DNA from: Malacoraja senta
Taxonomy: Eukaryota
Assembly (NCBI GenBank): GCA_038087875.1
Contig: CM075989.1
Location: 11,222,001 to 11,286,000, forward strand
Reading direction: 5' to 3'
Length of the DNA: 64,000 bases
In this document: positions 1-13,239 of the stretch, one piece after another
Numbering within the stretch: position 1 is the stretch's first letter
How the letters are laid out: each line of letters begins with the position of its first letter
The notes under the pieces: generated by a model
The model's input: only the letters and a program-made list of their open reading frames with translations
Told to the model about the DNA's origin: nothing
Databases searched by the model: none
Position numbers and translations under genes: made by a program

Positions 1-299
1 TATAATATTGTAATTAACACAGATAATCTACTTTGAATTTAATTGATTTTGATAAATGCTCAAAAGATGCAGGTTGTGGGGAATGAGGAGGGGCGTAGGA
101 CTAATTGAATAGATCAGCCCAAGGAACATGATAAGCCAAACAACTGTTATCTGTGCTACATTTGGAATTCTAAAAACTACAGGTTCTAAACTTCCCAGGC
201 AAAATTAAATATCTTAAAATTCCCCACCCCTCATCATGTCCTTTCTAAATAATCCTTGTAAAAACTATGCTGGATAAATTACAGTCAATTGTTCTTCAT

Positions 300-820
300 T
301 TGAAACATAGTGCACAGAAAAGTACAGCCAAGAACAGACCCTTCAGCTCATAATGTCTGTGCCATACTTGATGCCAAGTCAAAACTAATCTCCTCTGCCT
401 GGTGTGATGCATGTCCTTGCATTCCTGCATTAGCATGTGCCCATGTAAAAGCCTCTTAAATGCCACTATTAAATTATCTTCCATCACCACCCCTGGCAGC
501 ACATTCCAGTCACCCACCCTGCTTTGCAAAAAAAACTTGCCCCGTACATCTTCTTTAAACTTTCCCACTCGATCTTAAAGTTATGCCTAGTCTTTATGGA
601 AAGGGTCCTGACTATTTATCATAACTATGCCTCTTATAATTTGATATTTATTCTATCATGTTTCCTCTCAACCTCTGATGCTAGGGAGATAACAGTTTAA
701 GCTTGTCTAACATACCCTTATAACTAAAACCCTCCAATCCAGTCAGCATTCTTGTAGACCTCTTATGCACCCTCTCCAAAGGCTCCACATCCTTCCTGTA
801 ATAGGCCAACCAGAACTGTA
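300..820 (-). mobile_element. CR1 LINE 3' fragment
   Basis: ORF 296..568(-) DVRGKFF...RVGDWNVLPGVV resembles the CR1 ORF2 C-terminus. Confidence 0.8.
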
Positions 821-2223
821 AAAATGGAAGGAGATAAGATGGTTATAATATTTGTAGGTGAGGTCTTAAGAACTTGGTACGGAAAGTTTTCTTTCCTTTT
901 AACTGTGACTTTTCTATTTAAAACATGTGTTATATTAACTTAACACATTTTGGCTTCACATATTCCGTTTGGTTAAATCTGTAGTTAAAAACCCATTTGT
1001 CCATGAGCTCTCACCATAGTGGAGTGGAATGCACAGCGGAAGTCAGTCAAGCAGTGCATTGACGGGGTGGTGGGGGAAACCAGATGCTTGCAGAGAAGTG
1101 CTTCTTGAAGAGATGATTGATTGTGGGTTCAACCAGAGAGAGGGGCTGGGGTCCTGAGGAGATTGGTATAGGTAAAACCTGGTTGAGAATATGATTATTC
1201 AGCCTGGCTGGAAGAAGGTGGTTAACACTATCTTCCCAGCTGAGGTTTAGTTAGAAACAAAGAACTTCAGATGCTGATTTACCAAAGAAAGACCTAAAAT
1301 GCTGAAGTAAAAGAAACCCCACCCCTGCAATCAGACTGAAGAAGGGTCCCGACCCGAAATGTCACCTGTCCATGTTCTCCAGGGATGCTACCTGACCCTC
1401 TCAGGTACTCCAGCTTTTTGTGCCTTTCCTGAGGTCGAATTAAGGCTTGTTTCAGTATACATTGTAAGCTCCATTTACAGGCCATGTCTGCATGGAACAA
1501 CTTTGCCAAAGTGACATAAGAAACAAAGTCGTTGCATTGTTTAACATTGCTTTGGCCCATCAGAAGCACAAAGGACCTGGACCAACTATTTGAAAGGCAC
1601 CATGGGCTGAATCAGATCATATTTTAGATCAATTTTATTAGCTAGTGCATAGAAGTATTGTGATGGGCAATGGAATTCCAAGGACATTTATTGTAACATA
1701 CCTCCCCCGTGTGGAGAATTTTATGTAAAGCAGTTTAAGTTGCACCACAACGGTTATCAAAAGGACAGAAGAGAGACACAAAATGCTGGAGTAACAGTGG
1801 GTCAGGCAGCATCTCTGGAGAAAAGGAATAGGTGACGTTTTGGATGGAGACCTTTCATCAGACCTTTACACATTTCGTCTCCTTACATAGAAAAGGACAG
1901 ATCAGTATACCCTTTTCTATCGCCTCCCTCCTGCCCCTTCCTTCTCATTCAGACTTTATTTTGCTTGGAGACTTAATATATTTGAGATATGTGGGACTGC
2001 AGGTTTATTATACATCTGAAGTATAACTGTGGTGTGAAAGACAGAATTAATCAAGTAACATAATGTCCCATTCAGACTGCTGGAGAATGCGATCGACTTC
2101 TTCATAAGTTGCTGAACTTTCTTCCACTGTCGAAAAGCTTAAGACACGAAACAGGGCATATTTAAGACAAGTTTAACCACAAAAGGTAAATCCAATGGGA
2201 AGAAGAACATTGTTTTATTTATG

Positions 2224-2480
2224 GAAGATAGACACAAAAAGCTGAAATAACTCAGCGGGACAGGGAGCATCTCTGGAGAGAAGGAATGGGTGACGTTTCG
2301 GGTCGAGACCCTTCTTCAGACCAAACTTATTTGTGGAGTTATTTATTCAGACAGATGAAAGGTCTCGACCCGAAACGTCACCCATTCCTTCTCTCCAGAG
2401 ATGCTGTCTGCCCCGCTGAGTTACTCCAGCTTTTTGTGTCTATCTTCGGATTAAAAAAGCCTCTGCAATTCCTTCCTACA
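2224..2480. mobile_element. Penelope-like terminal-repeat fragments in inverted arrangement, with hammerhead-type core
   Basis: ~85-bp arm at 2224-2310 is the reverse complement of 2361-2447; minus strand reads CTGAAGAAGGGTCTCGACCCGAAACGTC. Confidence 0.8.
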
Positions 2481-3532
2481 CATTGTTTGGTTTATGCTGT
2501 GAATGGTTGTGAAATGAGCACAGTGCCGGAGAAGGTGATGGAAACAGAATCAGTAACTTCCAAAGGTGAAGTAATAATTAATCAAAGGGGGAATTTGCAG
2601 GAATCTCGGACTCTTTATGAAATTCAGTCAAAGAGCCCACGTGGGCACAACAGGCCAACTGACCTGCCTGATGGTTCTATATCACTAAATGCATATTGAA
2701 AACAATAGTTTTGTATATCAAGTGCAGGCTTAATTCACTGATGGAAACAATTCACTCGGTTCAAGGTTCCATTTCAGAAAATTATTTCCAATTCCTTCAG
2801 AAAATGAATTAATTCCTAGTTAACAGTCTAGCAAACTATACATCAGCAGCAACATGTTGTACTCTTCCTTTAATAATTCAGGGGTGAATTCCTTTGCAAA
2901 AATTGCTCTATTGATATCAGAAGTTTTGAAAACTCTGTAGACAATCTGCCTCCCTGATGTTCCCAGATGACAGACCAAGAATGTTTAAATATCCCTCTAC
3001 AAAAACAATGAAGTGATGAATGACAAACTATAACATAGATAGTGCAGGACAGGGTAAGTCATAATAAGGCCGCTGGAGGTCATTATAAATAATCAGAGAA
3101 GGTTGTGTTTAGGCTTCCTCGCAGACGAACATGATAGATATTTTGAGAACAAATAAACTGTTTGTATTAAGTTCATATCTTTGCCTCATAGAGGTCTACT
3201 GCACCGGGAAATGCTATTTGGCCTTTTTAGCTGGACAGGGTCTTTGAATGAATTCTCCAATTGTTTCCACTGCCCATCTTTGCATCCCATTCCCAAAATA
3301 AGAATGATTATTAAGAGCTGTATTTGAAATCCTGTGACATTGGTGATATATGAGCTTCATTTATTTAAAAACATATATGGCAGGTGGAGAGTGGCATTGA
3401 ATTGATGACCACTCATAGGGGTGCAATGGTGGTTTCAGAATAATCGATACGCACCAAAATATATAATTGACCACATCATTTTAAAGTATAATTTCATCCA
3501 GTACTTTTGCCACCTATGACTTCCCTGTGCCC

Positions 3533-3845
3533 TAGTTTTTTTTAGAGATACAGCACGGAAACAGGCCCTTCGGCCCTCCGAGTTCGCGCCGACCAGCGAT
3601 TCCCCGCACATTAACACTATCCTACATACACTAGGGACCATTTTTACATTTACCAAGCCAATTAACCGACAAACCTGTACATCTTTGGAGTGTGGGAGGA
3701 AACCGAAGATCTCGGAGAAAACCCACGTAGGTCACTGGGAGAACGCACAAATTCCGTACAGACAGCACCCGTAGTCGGGATTGAACTCGGGTCACCGGCG
3801 CTGCAAGCACTGTAAGGCAGCAACTCTACCACTGTGCCATTGTGC
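3533..3845 (-). mobile_element. tRNA-derived SINE, HE1/V-SINE type
   Basis: Reverse complement of the 42637 copy: tRNA-like head, central core, GGGCCTGTTTCCGTGCTGTATCTCTAAA tail. Confidence 0.88.
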
Positions 3846-4158
3846 AAATCAACATCAACAAAATAACATTTCTAGTAGAAAGATATTGCAAACTGAAGAA
3901 GAACAAAACATAAATTGCTATTAAATTTCCTGTTCCATATTTAAAGGGGACTAAAATTCAAATACATTTTCAAATCAAATAAAAGATAAATATATCTTTT
4001 TTGAATTGTTGAGAAGCAGTAGTGAATGTTTGGGATAATAATTTGCCTTGTTCACCCCAAAATTGACATTCATATGAAATATTAGATGTCCACCAATTTT
4101 CCAGTATACTACTTACATTTGACATTTACTGTCGACTTTGTTCATGACTTGCTCACAG

Positions 4159-4265
4159 GTTGAGGCCCTCAAACTGCCCTCTCCTGGACGACGAAGCTCT
4201 CCATGTGGCACATCCTTGGTTTGAGTTTTTAATGCGAATAAGAGAGGTTGCTGACAATCCAGCAG
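4159..4265 (+). CDS. SPG11: spatacsin exon (~ex17): LRPSNCPLLDDEALHVAHPWFEFLMRIREVADNPA
   Basis: cacag|G acceptor, G|gtattc donor, 107 nt; HPWFEFL motif. Confidence 0.92.
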
Positions 4266-5101
4266 GTATTCATAATTGAGTTTAAGTGATTTAATGCTTA
4301 TTAAGTTAATTAAACTACTGTCATCAATTAAGCAATTTTTGAAAAAGGTTTATCTCAAAATCTGTCATGATCTCACCCCTTCCCCTATTTTTGTTATTCC
4401 CAGCCTGCAACCCTCTGTGGTCTCTGCTCTTCCCATTCTGGCTACTCATCGTCCATATGTTTAATCACACCACTGTTGCTAGCTGCTCTCAGGTCTCAGA
4501 CTCAAGTTCTGGAACTGCATCTTATTTGAGATACTTCTTAAAACCTGTCATTTGTCCAGGCTTTTAATTATCTGTCCTTGTATGTCATGGTTTTAATTCT
4601 TTATCATGGTTCTCCCTTGGGTCTCTTTAAATCATTATAAATTGTCCTGTTGTTACTTTAGCGGAGATATAGCTAATGTTGGAAGTATCTAAAGTATTCC
4701 TGCAAAAGAACAATTCCTCTGCTTCCAGTTTAGTATTAGGTAAAGCTCTTTGACTCTGGTTAATTATTGATCACCCAATCGCAATACCTCAGGTGGACTT
4801 CCCGTAGGCCCCCCTCGGTCATGACTGACCATGGGTGATGCATCCTAGTTGTTGGCTGCTTGCTCCAAACGTCAGCTGGAGCAGCAACGCTTGTGGCTGA
4901 AGAGACCAATGCAGGAGTGACAGTCTCTGTGGCAAAGGTCACATTTGTGTGTGGACTAGGATACTGGTAATTGCAGCATTGCTTGTGGTGTGACTCAATC
5001 TCCTGTACTCTGGGTGTTCATTCTTAGTTTGAAATATTACATTAATGTGCTCCATTCGTTTTTCGCTTGCAGATGTACTGACTTCCATTTTATGTCTTTA
5101 G

Positions 5102-5247
5102 ATGCATCTCTGGCATTCCAAGCATGTCTGGCAAATGCCCAAATGCTGATCCCTAGTAACCAAGCCAGTGTCAGCAGCATGCTTCTGGAAGGGCATACTC
5201 TGATGGCGTTAGCCACCATTATGTTTGCTCCTGGAGGAATTGATCGG
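5102..5247 (+). CDS. SPG11: spatacsin exon (~ex18): DASLAFQACLANAQMLIPSNQASVSSMLLEGHTLMALATIMFAPGGIDR
   Basis: tttag|AT acceptor, CGG|gtgagt donor, 146 nt; within ORF 4990..5274. Confidence 0.95.
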
Positions 5248-6013
5248 GTGAGTTATAAAAGGCTGTACCTTTAAAAGATTGGAACTCCTACTTTTTACGT
5301 TTGATCCCATTGCATGAGGTTGTCATTCCAAGCTCCAAGGTTTCTTGTAGTGATAGATTTATGAGGTTTTTTTAATTGAATAAGAACACCCACTTCTTTG
5401 GAGCATATAGCAGAAAATTGGGGTAACGTGGGGAGTTGTATCCCAATTCAAAATAAACTAAAGTTATGCATGTAAACTGTTTTCTCTTGGAGTTTTACAC
5501 CTGACAATTCCATATGCCTTTTCAACCAAACTTGGCAAACATTTGGAATTTTATGCTCAAACTGCAGCAATTCAACTATGCCGTCTGTGAGAGCTAACCA
5601 ACTCTCCCGACCTCCTGCCATATCTTCACATCCCCTTTCACGTTCTTTTGAAATACATACTCATATGCCTTTCAAAGTCTAATATGCCTCTTCTTTCAGC
5701 ACCTTCTCAGGGAGCATTTTATTTAGCAATCCTCTGGGAGAAAATACTTTAATCTCTTGACTTCCTTTCATTCTATAATGGATGATCTTAAATTTATAGT
5801 CTCAATTACTAATTCATTCATTATTAGAAATTGTCTTTCTGATTTGTTCTAAACTGCCCTGCTTAATTTTGAATATCTTAGTCATTTGTCGTAACTCATA
5901 AAAGCAAAGGATAACATCGAACATTCAACATTTTCTCGTCAGTTAAAATGCCTTTGTGACCTTTCAAAATTGTGACAGGCTCCAAATACATCTCTTTATC
6001 TGTGGTTTTCTAG

Positions 6014-6178
6014 GTGATGCAGAAAAAGGAAGATGTTGGTGATTCCCTCTGGAAGGTTGACCCGCAGTTATTGAAAATGGCTCTGGCTCCTTATCCCAAG
6101 CTGCGTGCTGCTCTCTTTCCGCAGCTCACTCTTCATGGCCTTCCACCACCAGACATCTCTCTCTACCATCTTTTGCAG
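6014..6178 (+). CDS. SPG11: spatacsin exon (~ex19): VMQKKEDVGDSLWKVDPQLLKMALAPYPKLRAALFPQ...DISLYHLLQ
   Basis: ttctag|GTG acceptor, CAG|gtattc donor, 165 nt. Confidence 0.95.
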
Positions 6179-6479
6179 GTATTCACAATGCGTCTCATAT
6201 TAAATGTTTGGGTTTCGCTTCTTTTTTAATAAAGTTCGTAAACAGCATTCTTACAATAATGTGTCTGTGTTGGATGTTGTACAATTGCAATACTGGTTAT
6301 ATTCTACATTCTTTGCCTAGAACCACGATGCATGTTTCCTTTTCTTTGTCCCCTTTAAGCAAGTATTATCGCATCTTGATACCATTACATAAAATAAATG
6401 GAGTAAGAACATAAGAAAGTAGGACCTTCTATTTCTCATGTACTTAAGAAATTCATTTATTCAAATTGTGAATATAAAT

Positions 6480-7320
6480 CATGAACCAGTAATGACCAAC
6501 AATGACCAATATTAAAGAACCATAATGACTCAATGCTGATTCCTGCAGCATGTCTCTCATTGCAGGTCTCCAGTCTAAAAAACAGTCCTCTACCACTACC
6601 CTCTGTATCCAATTGGCTAGTTTACAATATCCTAGGATACACTTGATCATGATATATCTACCGTAATGCGTTTCAAGATCACTAGCACCTCTTCTCTAAA
6701 TTGGACTCTCTTCAAGACTTCATGATTAACTTCCCTGAGTTCCCTAGCATCCACGTCTTACTCCACAGTGAGTATAGATGAGAAATACTCATTTAACACC
6801 TTGCCCATCTCTTGTGGCTTCACACATAGAGAACCTTGTTAATTTTCAAGGGATCCTATTCTCTCCCCAATTATTCTTGCCCTTAATATCCTACTAGAAT
6901 TTCTTTGGATTCTCTTTTACCTTATCTGCTAAAGCTCTCTCATGTTCACTTTTTGCTTCCTGATTTCCCACTTAAGTGTGCTTCTGCACCCCCTATACTC
7001 AAGAGATTCGCCATCCCAGCTGCCTATGCCTGACATAAGACTTTTTATAACCAGAGCCTCAATATCTCTTGTCATCTTTGGTTCCCTAATCCTGAATGCC
7101 TTGCCTTTCACTCTTAACAGGATCATGCTGGTTCTGAACTTTCCCTACACTTTTAGAAACCTCCCACTTACCAGATGTCCCTTTACCTCCCCCAATCAAC
7201 TTTTGAACGCCCCAAGATTAAATACCATCAAAATTGGCCCAACTTAGGTCTTCAACATTTGGACCAGTCATATCGCTTTCTGCAATTATTTAAAAAAAAA
7301 AATAGAATTATGGTCAGTGG
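6480..7320 (-). mobile_element. Degenerate CR1 LINE fragments
   Basis: ORF 6453..6650(-) QRVVVEDCFLDWRP and 6929..7126(-) MTRDIEAL resemble CR1 ORF2. Confidence 0.7.
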
Positions 7321-8990
7321 GAAATGGTAAGAATGGTCCAAATGTTGTTTGCCACAATTGCCTTTAAATCAGAATTTTGTGGGTTAAATGTAACCTAGAG
7401 ACCAGAGCTCATTATCCAGGCTGATCTTCTCTCTACAGGTTTGCACACGTGACAGATACTTGCTCTTAGCTGAGGCATTTAATCAAGGCCTTGTCTACTT
7501 TGCAGGTGGGCATGAAGAAGCCCGTATATAAACACAAAGGAGTTCTCCCACCCCCCTAGGCAGTGCCCTTCATTCATTTTGTCCTTTTCGAAGGAATAGT
7601 TCCATCTGTAAAAGTGTGAAACTTAAGAATTCGAGTTAACTGGCCTGGAGTTAACTGGATGGTTAATGTTGTTACTTTTCTTACATTCCACTGTGTGGAC
7701 AGAGCATGATAACGGGCTCTGTTATCCCTCCCCCCCCCCCCCCCCCCCCCCCCCCCGACATGTCTCGACCCGAAACGTCGCCTACTCCTTTTCTCCATAG
7801 ATGCTGCCTCACCCGCTGAGTTTCTCCAGCATTTTTTTGTCTACTTATGATAATGGGCAGGGTAATTTTCCAAGGTTCTTGAAGTTATAGTCTAGTGATT
7901 GCAATATAGTTGAAATGTCAATCCTAGCCAAGGAATACAACTGAGTATCAAAGGAGAGTAGAGACTCCAAATTTAGTTAAACTAATATTAACAGCCAGTG
8001 TGCATTCAGCATAAGCTTGCTTGCCATGGGCAGCTTTTTGTCATCCTTTAACCCAAACTTTAATCTATTTAATCTAATCCTTTAATCTATTGTCCAACAC
8101 CAATAGGTGACTGATCCTAATGAACCAGATTTCACAGTTAGTGATAGTAATGGTATAGTAATGAGGCAATCAGTAACAGGATAGTAATGAGGCAATCAGT
8201 GCCCAATTTTTAAATATGTAAATCAGACAGGAGAGCATGAGCGATATACATAATATATGTACTAAACTGGCTGAAAATATGTGTAGGGTAGATCTCAAGA
8301 GTTATAGAATGCTCAATATAGCCCCTGCCCCTGCTGTATGTTAACTTGTGAAAGGATCTCCTTTAGAATCATTTTTGTCCTCGGTGTACTATGAAGTTTA
8401 AAAATATTTTCACTCAAGATGAAATTACCTTGAATCATAATGGAATTGAAGGGTAAATTTATTGCAACAATGTAGGGTAATCTCTTACAATTAATCATAC
8501 CGTTCAGTTTGATATGAAACATTTGGAGATGTTTGCTCATTGTCATCCAGATTGTTAACCATCCCATACTTCCAACAGTCTTTTTGGGACCTTGTAATTT
8601 ATGTGTGCAATGGTGCTGACTGCAGCTTTTCTATTCGACACTTGAATAAACACAGCTTTAATGATGACAAATGTCCTTGTTGGTTTGAAGACCTATTCGA
8701 CTGCATAAGGACAGTTTAGGATGTGTCATATTGTACAATGTAAAATGATTCATTATGTTTTTATTTTGAGCAGAACAAGAATAAAGAACATCTAAATTGT
8801 TCATAACTTGTTATGTGTGTTCACTGGGAGATTGCATAAAGCTCATTATTGTGCATTCATTTTGACCTGTAAACTTCAATAAGATTTCTGCTCTTTTTAA
8901 GCATGCACAGATGTTTTATATCCACCACCCTTCGTTCATGTTTTCATTCTAGGAGACTTTGCTCATTTAATTTTCCTTTATTTCTTATAG

Positions 8991-9057
8991 TCACTGCACC
9001 CCTTTGACCCATCTAGGCTCTTCAGTTGGCAGTCTGCCAACTTGCTCTCCACTTGCG
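8991..9057 (+). CDS. SPG11: spatacsin exon (~ex20): SLHPFDPSRLFSWQSANLLSTC
   Basis: ttatag|TCA acceptor, G|gtgagt donor, 67 nt; not in the ORF track. Confidence 0.93.
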
Positions 9058-10420
9058 GTGAGTGCCTTTGAGATAAATGAATGTAACTAGAGCAACAGAC
9101 AGAATCAGGAGAGAAGGCAGTAGGGGAGCTTGCCAAAGCTTTCAAGGGCAATTAGGGCACTAATTTCATATATCTGTTGTCAGCTGCTGAACTCATTAGT
9201 TTTGACTTATAAGTTTGGGTCTGTCTCTGCTCCTTGACATGGTGGGTGTTGCTTATCTAAAGCTAACCAGGAATAGTATTTTCATGATAGGTTTGACAGT
9301 TCATTACAAACAGAAATAAAAATTTAAAAGGCAGATAACAATGGCACCCAGGTAAAAGTAACATTTAACTGAACTGCACAGGACTAGAACAACCACATTT
9401 CAATTGCCATTTGAATTGACATACCCTGACATTTGAGACTCTCGAATTAACGTCTTGCTTCTGCTCTGGCTTTGCAAGTCATCCTCCATCCCAAGGAACT
9501 GAATGAGAAGTAGAAGATGCTCAAATTGGATTTGATACTTTACCTGAGAGCAGCCTTGCTTCCCCTAATTTGAGTTCATCAGAAACATTTCCGTGTGTCA
9601 GCTTCAGTCAATCACAGGAGTAGACTTGCTGTGATGCCTTACAAGTGTTCATCTGTTGCATTCAGTATCTAATTGTACATAAGGACTGGTAACTATGACA
9701 ACATGGCAGAGAGGACATGTGCAAAAGAGATGTATCCAGGGGTAAAGTCAAGAAGGGAAGAAGTTGACAAAGAACCATAATTTGAGACAAATCACCAGTA
9801 AAAGTTGTCTTCCGTTCTAAGCATTTAAATTAACATTGAGAGAGAAGGTCATTCATTGTCCTTTATCTCTCCACATCACCATCTATATTTCTCGTTTCCC
9901 TTATCCCTAACCAGTCTGAAGAAAGGTCTCGACCAAAAATGTCACCCATTCCTTCTCTCCGGAGATGCTACCTGTCCCGCTGAGTTACTCCAGCTTTTTG
10001 TGTCTATCTTCGGTGTAAACCAGCATCTGCAATTCCTTCTTACACATTTCCAAAAGACATTTGACTCAACAGTTCAACTAGGATTGTTAATTTAAAGGAA
10101 AATAAATGCTATAATGGAAATTCTTAGTTTCACGATCCACTGGATTGGTTGCTTGGATGAAGGGCTGATCTATAGAGTTTTAACGAAGTTCGGGTAAATG
10201 TAATAGGCATTGAATATTCTGAGAAACCTCACGGGTTTGTTGTAACCGAGATAGGAGGTTCACTGGAGGTTATAATTCTTTGGAATTTTCCACTCCAGAA
10301 AACTGTGCATGCTGAAGAATTTCTCCTACATTTGCTTACGTGAATTGCACAAGACCAGATAGGAGCGAGAAAGATCTCTCCATTTTCCATTCTAACAACA
10401 TTTGTGCTGTTTGTCCACAG

Positions 10421-10586
10421 ATTTTTCAAGTGATTTACCTCACTTTTCTTGCCCTGATTTGGTGAACAAATATGCCATAACAGAAAGGTTAGACTTTTCC
10501 TACTACCTGCATCATGGGCGTCCATCATATGCTTTTGCAACTTTCCTTGTTCAGCAGTTGGTGAAGAGCAATTCACCCAAGCAGTT
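10421..10586 (+). CDS. SPG11: spatacsin exon (~ex21): DFSSDLPHFSCPDLVNKYAITERLDFSYYLHHGRPSYAFATFLVQQLVKSNSPKQL
   Basis: ccacag|AT acceptor, TT|gtaagt donor, 166 nt. Confidence 0.96.
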
Positions 10587-11199
10587 GTAAGTATTTTAAG
10601 AAATACACTGCTCTAAATATCTCTAAATATGAAATGTGGGTGCTCTTGGTTCAGTTGAACATGTCCATGTTCGTGGAAGTAATTAATTTGAAAAAAAATA
10701 CATATCATATATTTTCCTGTTTATGTTTGGTCTGTGTTGCCATAAGGGGTTTATTATATAGCATTTGGCAACATTATTCAAGAACCAAGCTGAATCTAAC
10801 GTGCACAACACAAAGTGCTGGATAGAAAGTCAGGCAGCATCTGTGGAGGGAAATAGACAAACAATGGTTTGCTTTGGGACCCTTCTTCAGACTGACTATA
10901 AAACTTTTTTATTGTTTCCTATAAATATTCTTACCAGTAAAGGGCCCTCCTCGCCATGTCTTTACTAAATGTACACTGTTCTAACTCTCTACCTAATCTT
11001 TAATCTTGTTTGGGAATTTCCTTTTTGATTCACTGAGCTGTTTTTGTTTTTGTTCGTCTCTTGTGAGTAACTCAATTTAATGCTTTCTTAAAGACAACAC
11101 CAATAAATGGATATAATATCTTTGAAGTCCAACTTCCTCTGAGTTAGAAAGGTGGTATCCAGCCAATCAGTCATATGATCAAAGCTGAAACTCCAGATT

Positions 11200-11670
11200 T
11201 AAAAGCTCTGCAATACAAAGGTGCAATTATTCAAAAGCATCTACTGTACATGAGGCCCTGAATCAGGAAGATGGCATCTATCATCAATGAGTCCCACCAT
11301 CTGGGCCATGCCCTCTTCTTATTCCAACTGTTGTGCAGGAGGTACAGAAGCCTGATGTCCTACATCACAACATATAGGAATAGATTATTTCCTACAATTA
11401 TCAGGTTCTTGGAATGACCTGCATAACGCTAATCCTACTTCATAAACAGAACACTAAGGACAACCTCTTGCACTACCATGGACTTGTTTCTAATTGTGTT
11501 TTTTTACTGTCTAATTTTGCTGTCTTTTTCTTTTCACTTGAATAATTTATATATTTTTATATTCTGTGTGATGTCTGATCTATGTGCCTGTAATGCTGTT
11601 GCAGATAACATTTTCATTGTACCTGTACCTCACCACGCCTGTGATAATATACTCGACTTGACTTGAATTG
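11200..11670 (+). mobile_element. Degenerate Rex1/Babar LINE 3' fragment
   Basis: Similar to 56340-56470 (CAGGAGGTACAGAAGCCTG = RRYRSL); ends in a (GACTT)n tail. Confidence 0.7.
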
Positions 11671-12508
11671 TATGAAACATTTTAAGTAGATTCTGCCTTT
11701 TCCACGAAACATAGAAATTACGATACCTAAAAAAAGAGAGCAGGGAGTTATCACTAGTGTCCTTGCCACCATTTATTCCCTCACCAATGCCACTAAAGCA
11801 GCCTATGTGGTTGCTAAAGATAGACACAAAAACCTGGAGTAACTCAGCGGGGTAACTCAGCGGGTCAGACAGCATCTCCGGAGAAAAGGAATAGGTGATG
11901 TTTTGGGTCGAGACCCTTCTTCAGACGGAGTTGTAGTTGATAACTTGTGGGAGCTTTCTGTGGGCATATTAGCACATTTTACCGCATCACAACAGCCCTA
12001 AAGCACTCTGGAATCTCTTAAATCAATGATAGGCACTATGTAAATACAGAAAAAAACAAAGCTATTAATAAATAATATTAGCGTGTGGATCAATATTAGT
12101 GTGTGTTATGCACGGGGACTGTTCATTCAAACGCAGGAGATGCAAAACTGGCTCCTCCTCACAAAAAGGCAGCCGGAGTAACAAATGTAGCATTTGAAAA
12201 TAATCTACCTCCCTCTGCAGTGAGCAATAGACAAATAATGATCCGATTTTGGATATTTCTTGGTGGAAAATGTCTACATTTAGTTATTTACTATCTAATA
12301 ATGGGACTCATTTTATGGTGCCTTTTGTTAACTACTACATAATGTAATGTTTCTTTTGCTGAACTGATCGATGCAATAACAAAATACTTCAGATGCTGGA
12401 AATGAAAATAAAAGCAGAAATTATTTTGTTCACCCTGAGTTTGATTTTCTGTGAACATGCCTTTTCTATGATAATTGCAGACCTGATTTGTTCTTCTTTC
12501 TGATTCAG

Positions 12509-12717
12509 GATCGAGCGAGTGAGCACTGAAGCGTACGGTCTTGGATTAGCCCACTTCACCGTACCTGTTGTTGCCACAGCATGTATTGCCTTTCTTGAGT
12601 TACTTGGTGTTGGCAGCTTTAAACTTAGAATTGACCTTAAAGTGACAAACGTGGTTTTGAAACATCAGTGTACAAACACTGAAGAGTCTCAACACATCTT
12701 ATTACAACATGCTTTAG
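12509..12717 (+). CDS. SPG11: spatacsin exon (~ex22): IERVSTEAYGLGLAHF...FLELLGVGSFKLRIDLKV...LLQHAL
   Basis: ttcag|G acceptor, G|gtaatt donor, 209 nt. Confidence 0.94.
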
Positions 12718-13239
12718 GTAATTATCTTGCTTCTCTTGACATGCAATGTTCCATCGTAGTGAGAATTATCAATTAATGCAAATATTGTGTTGTATATTAT
12801 TTTAAGGGGATGTTCATTGTGCAGTATTTAATGTATATGAAACAATATAAACTGCAAGGTTTTTGTCTTGACATCATTGTCCATCATCCATTTTGCCTTG
12901 CGGTTTGGACAGAGTACAATCCTGGGTACCAGCTATTTAGCAGTGTTCATGTTTTGTAAAACACAAGTGCAACACATTATGATCTCAAGTAACTCAACTT
13001 GCACTTACAATAGTTGGTAGAGGTGTATTGACGGTTCTTTGCCTTGTCGTCCTGGTTTATCTTGAGAAATATCTGATATTTGTTATATTGACAGAGAGAC
13101 CAGGTAATTCTACACTGGGGCAATGGGCTATCCTGGAGAGTAAATATATCCAGCTGTGCTTGTGCTTTTCTTTACCGCTGCTACCCACATTGACACTGGA
13201 AATCACGATTCCAGATCACCTGCCATCTAGAGCAAGGAT

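Noticed and set aside
1-4158. Additional upstream SPG11 exon
   Set aside because: No spatacsin-like translation with splice sites found; the region is CR1, Penelope-type and SINE sequence.
7730-7757. Long poly-C (and poly-G at ~30794-30814) as functional G4 elements
   Set aside because: Simple homopolymers adjoining repeats; lengths are unreliable in assemblies and nothing else supports a function.
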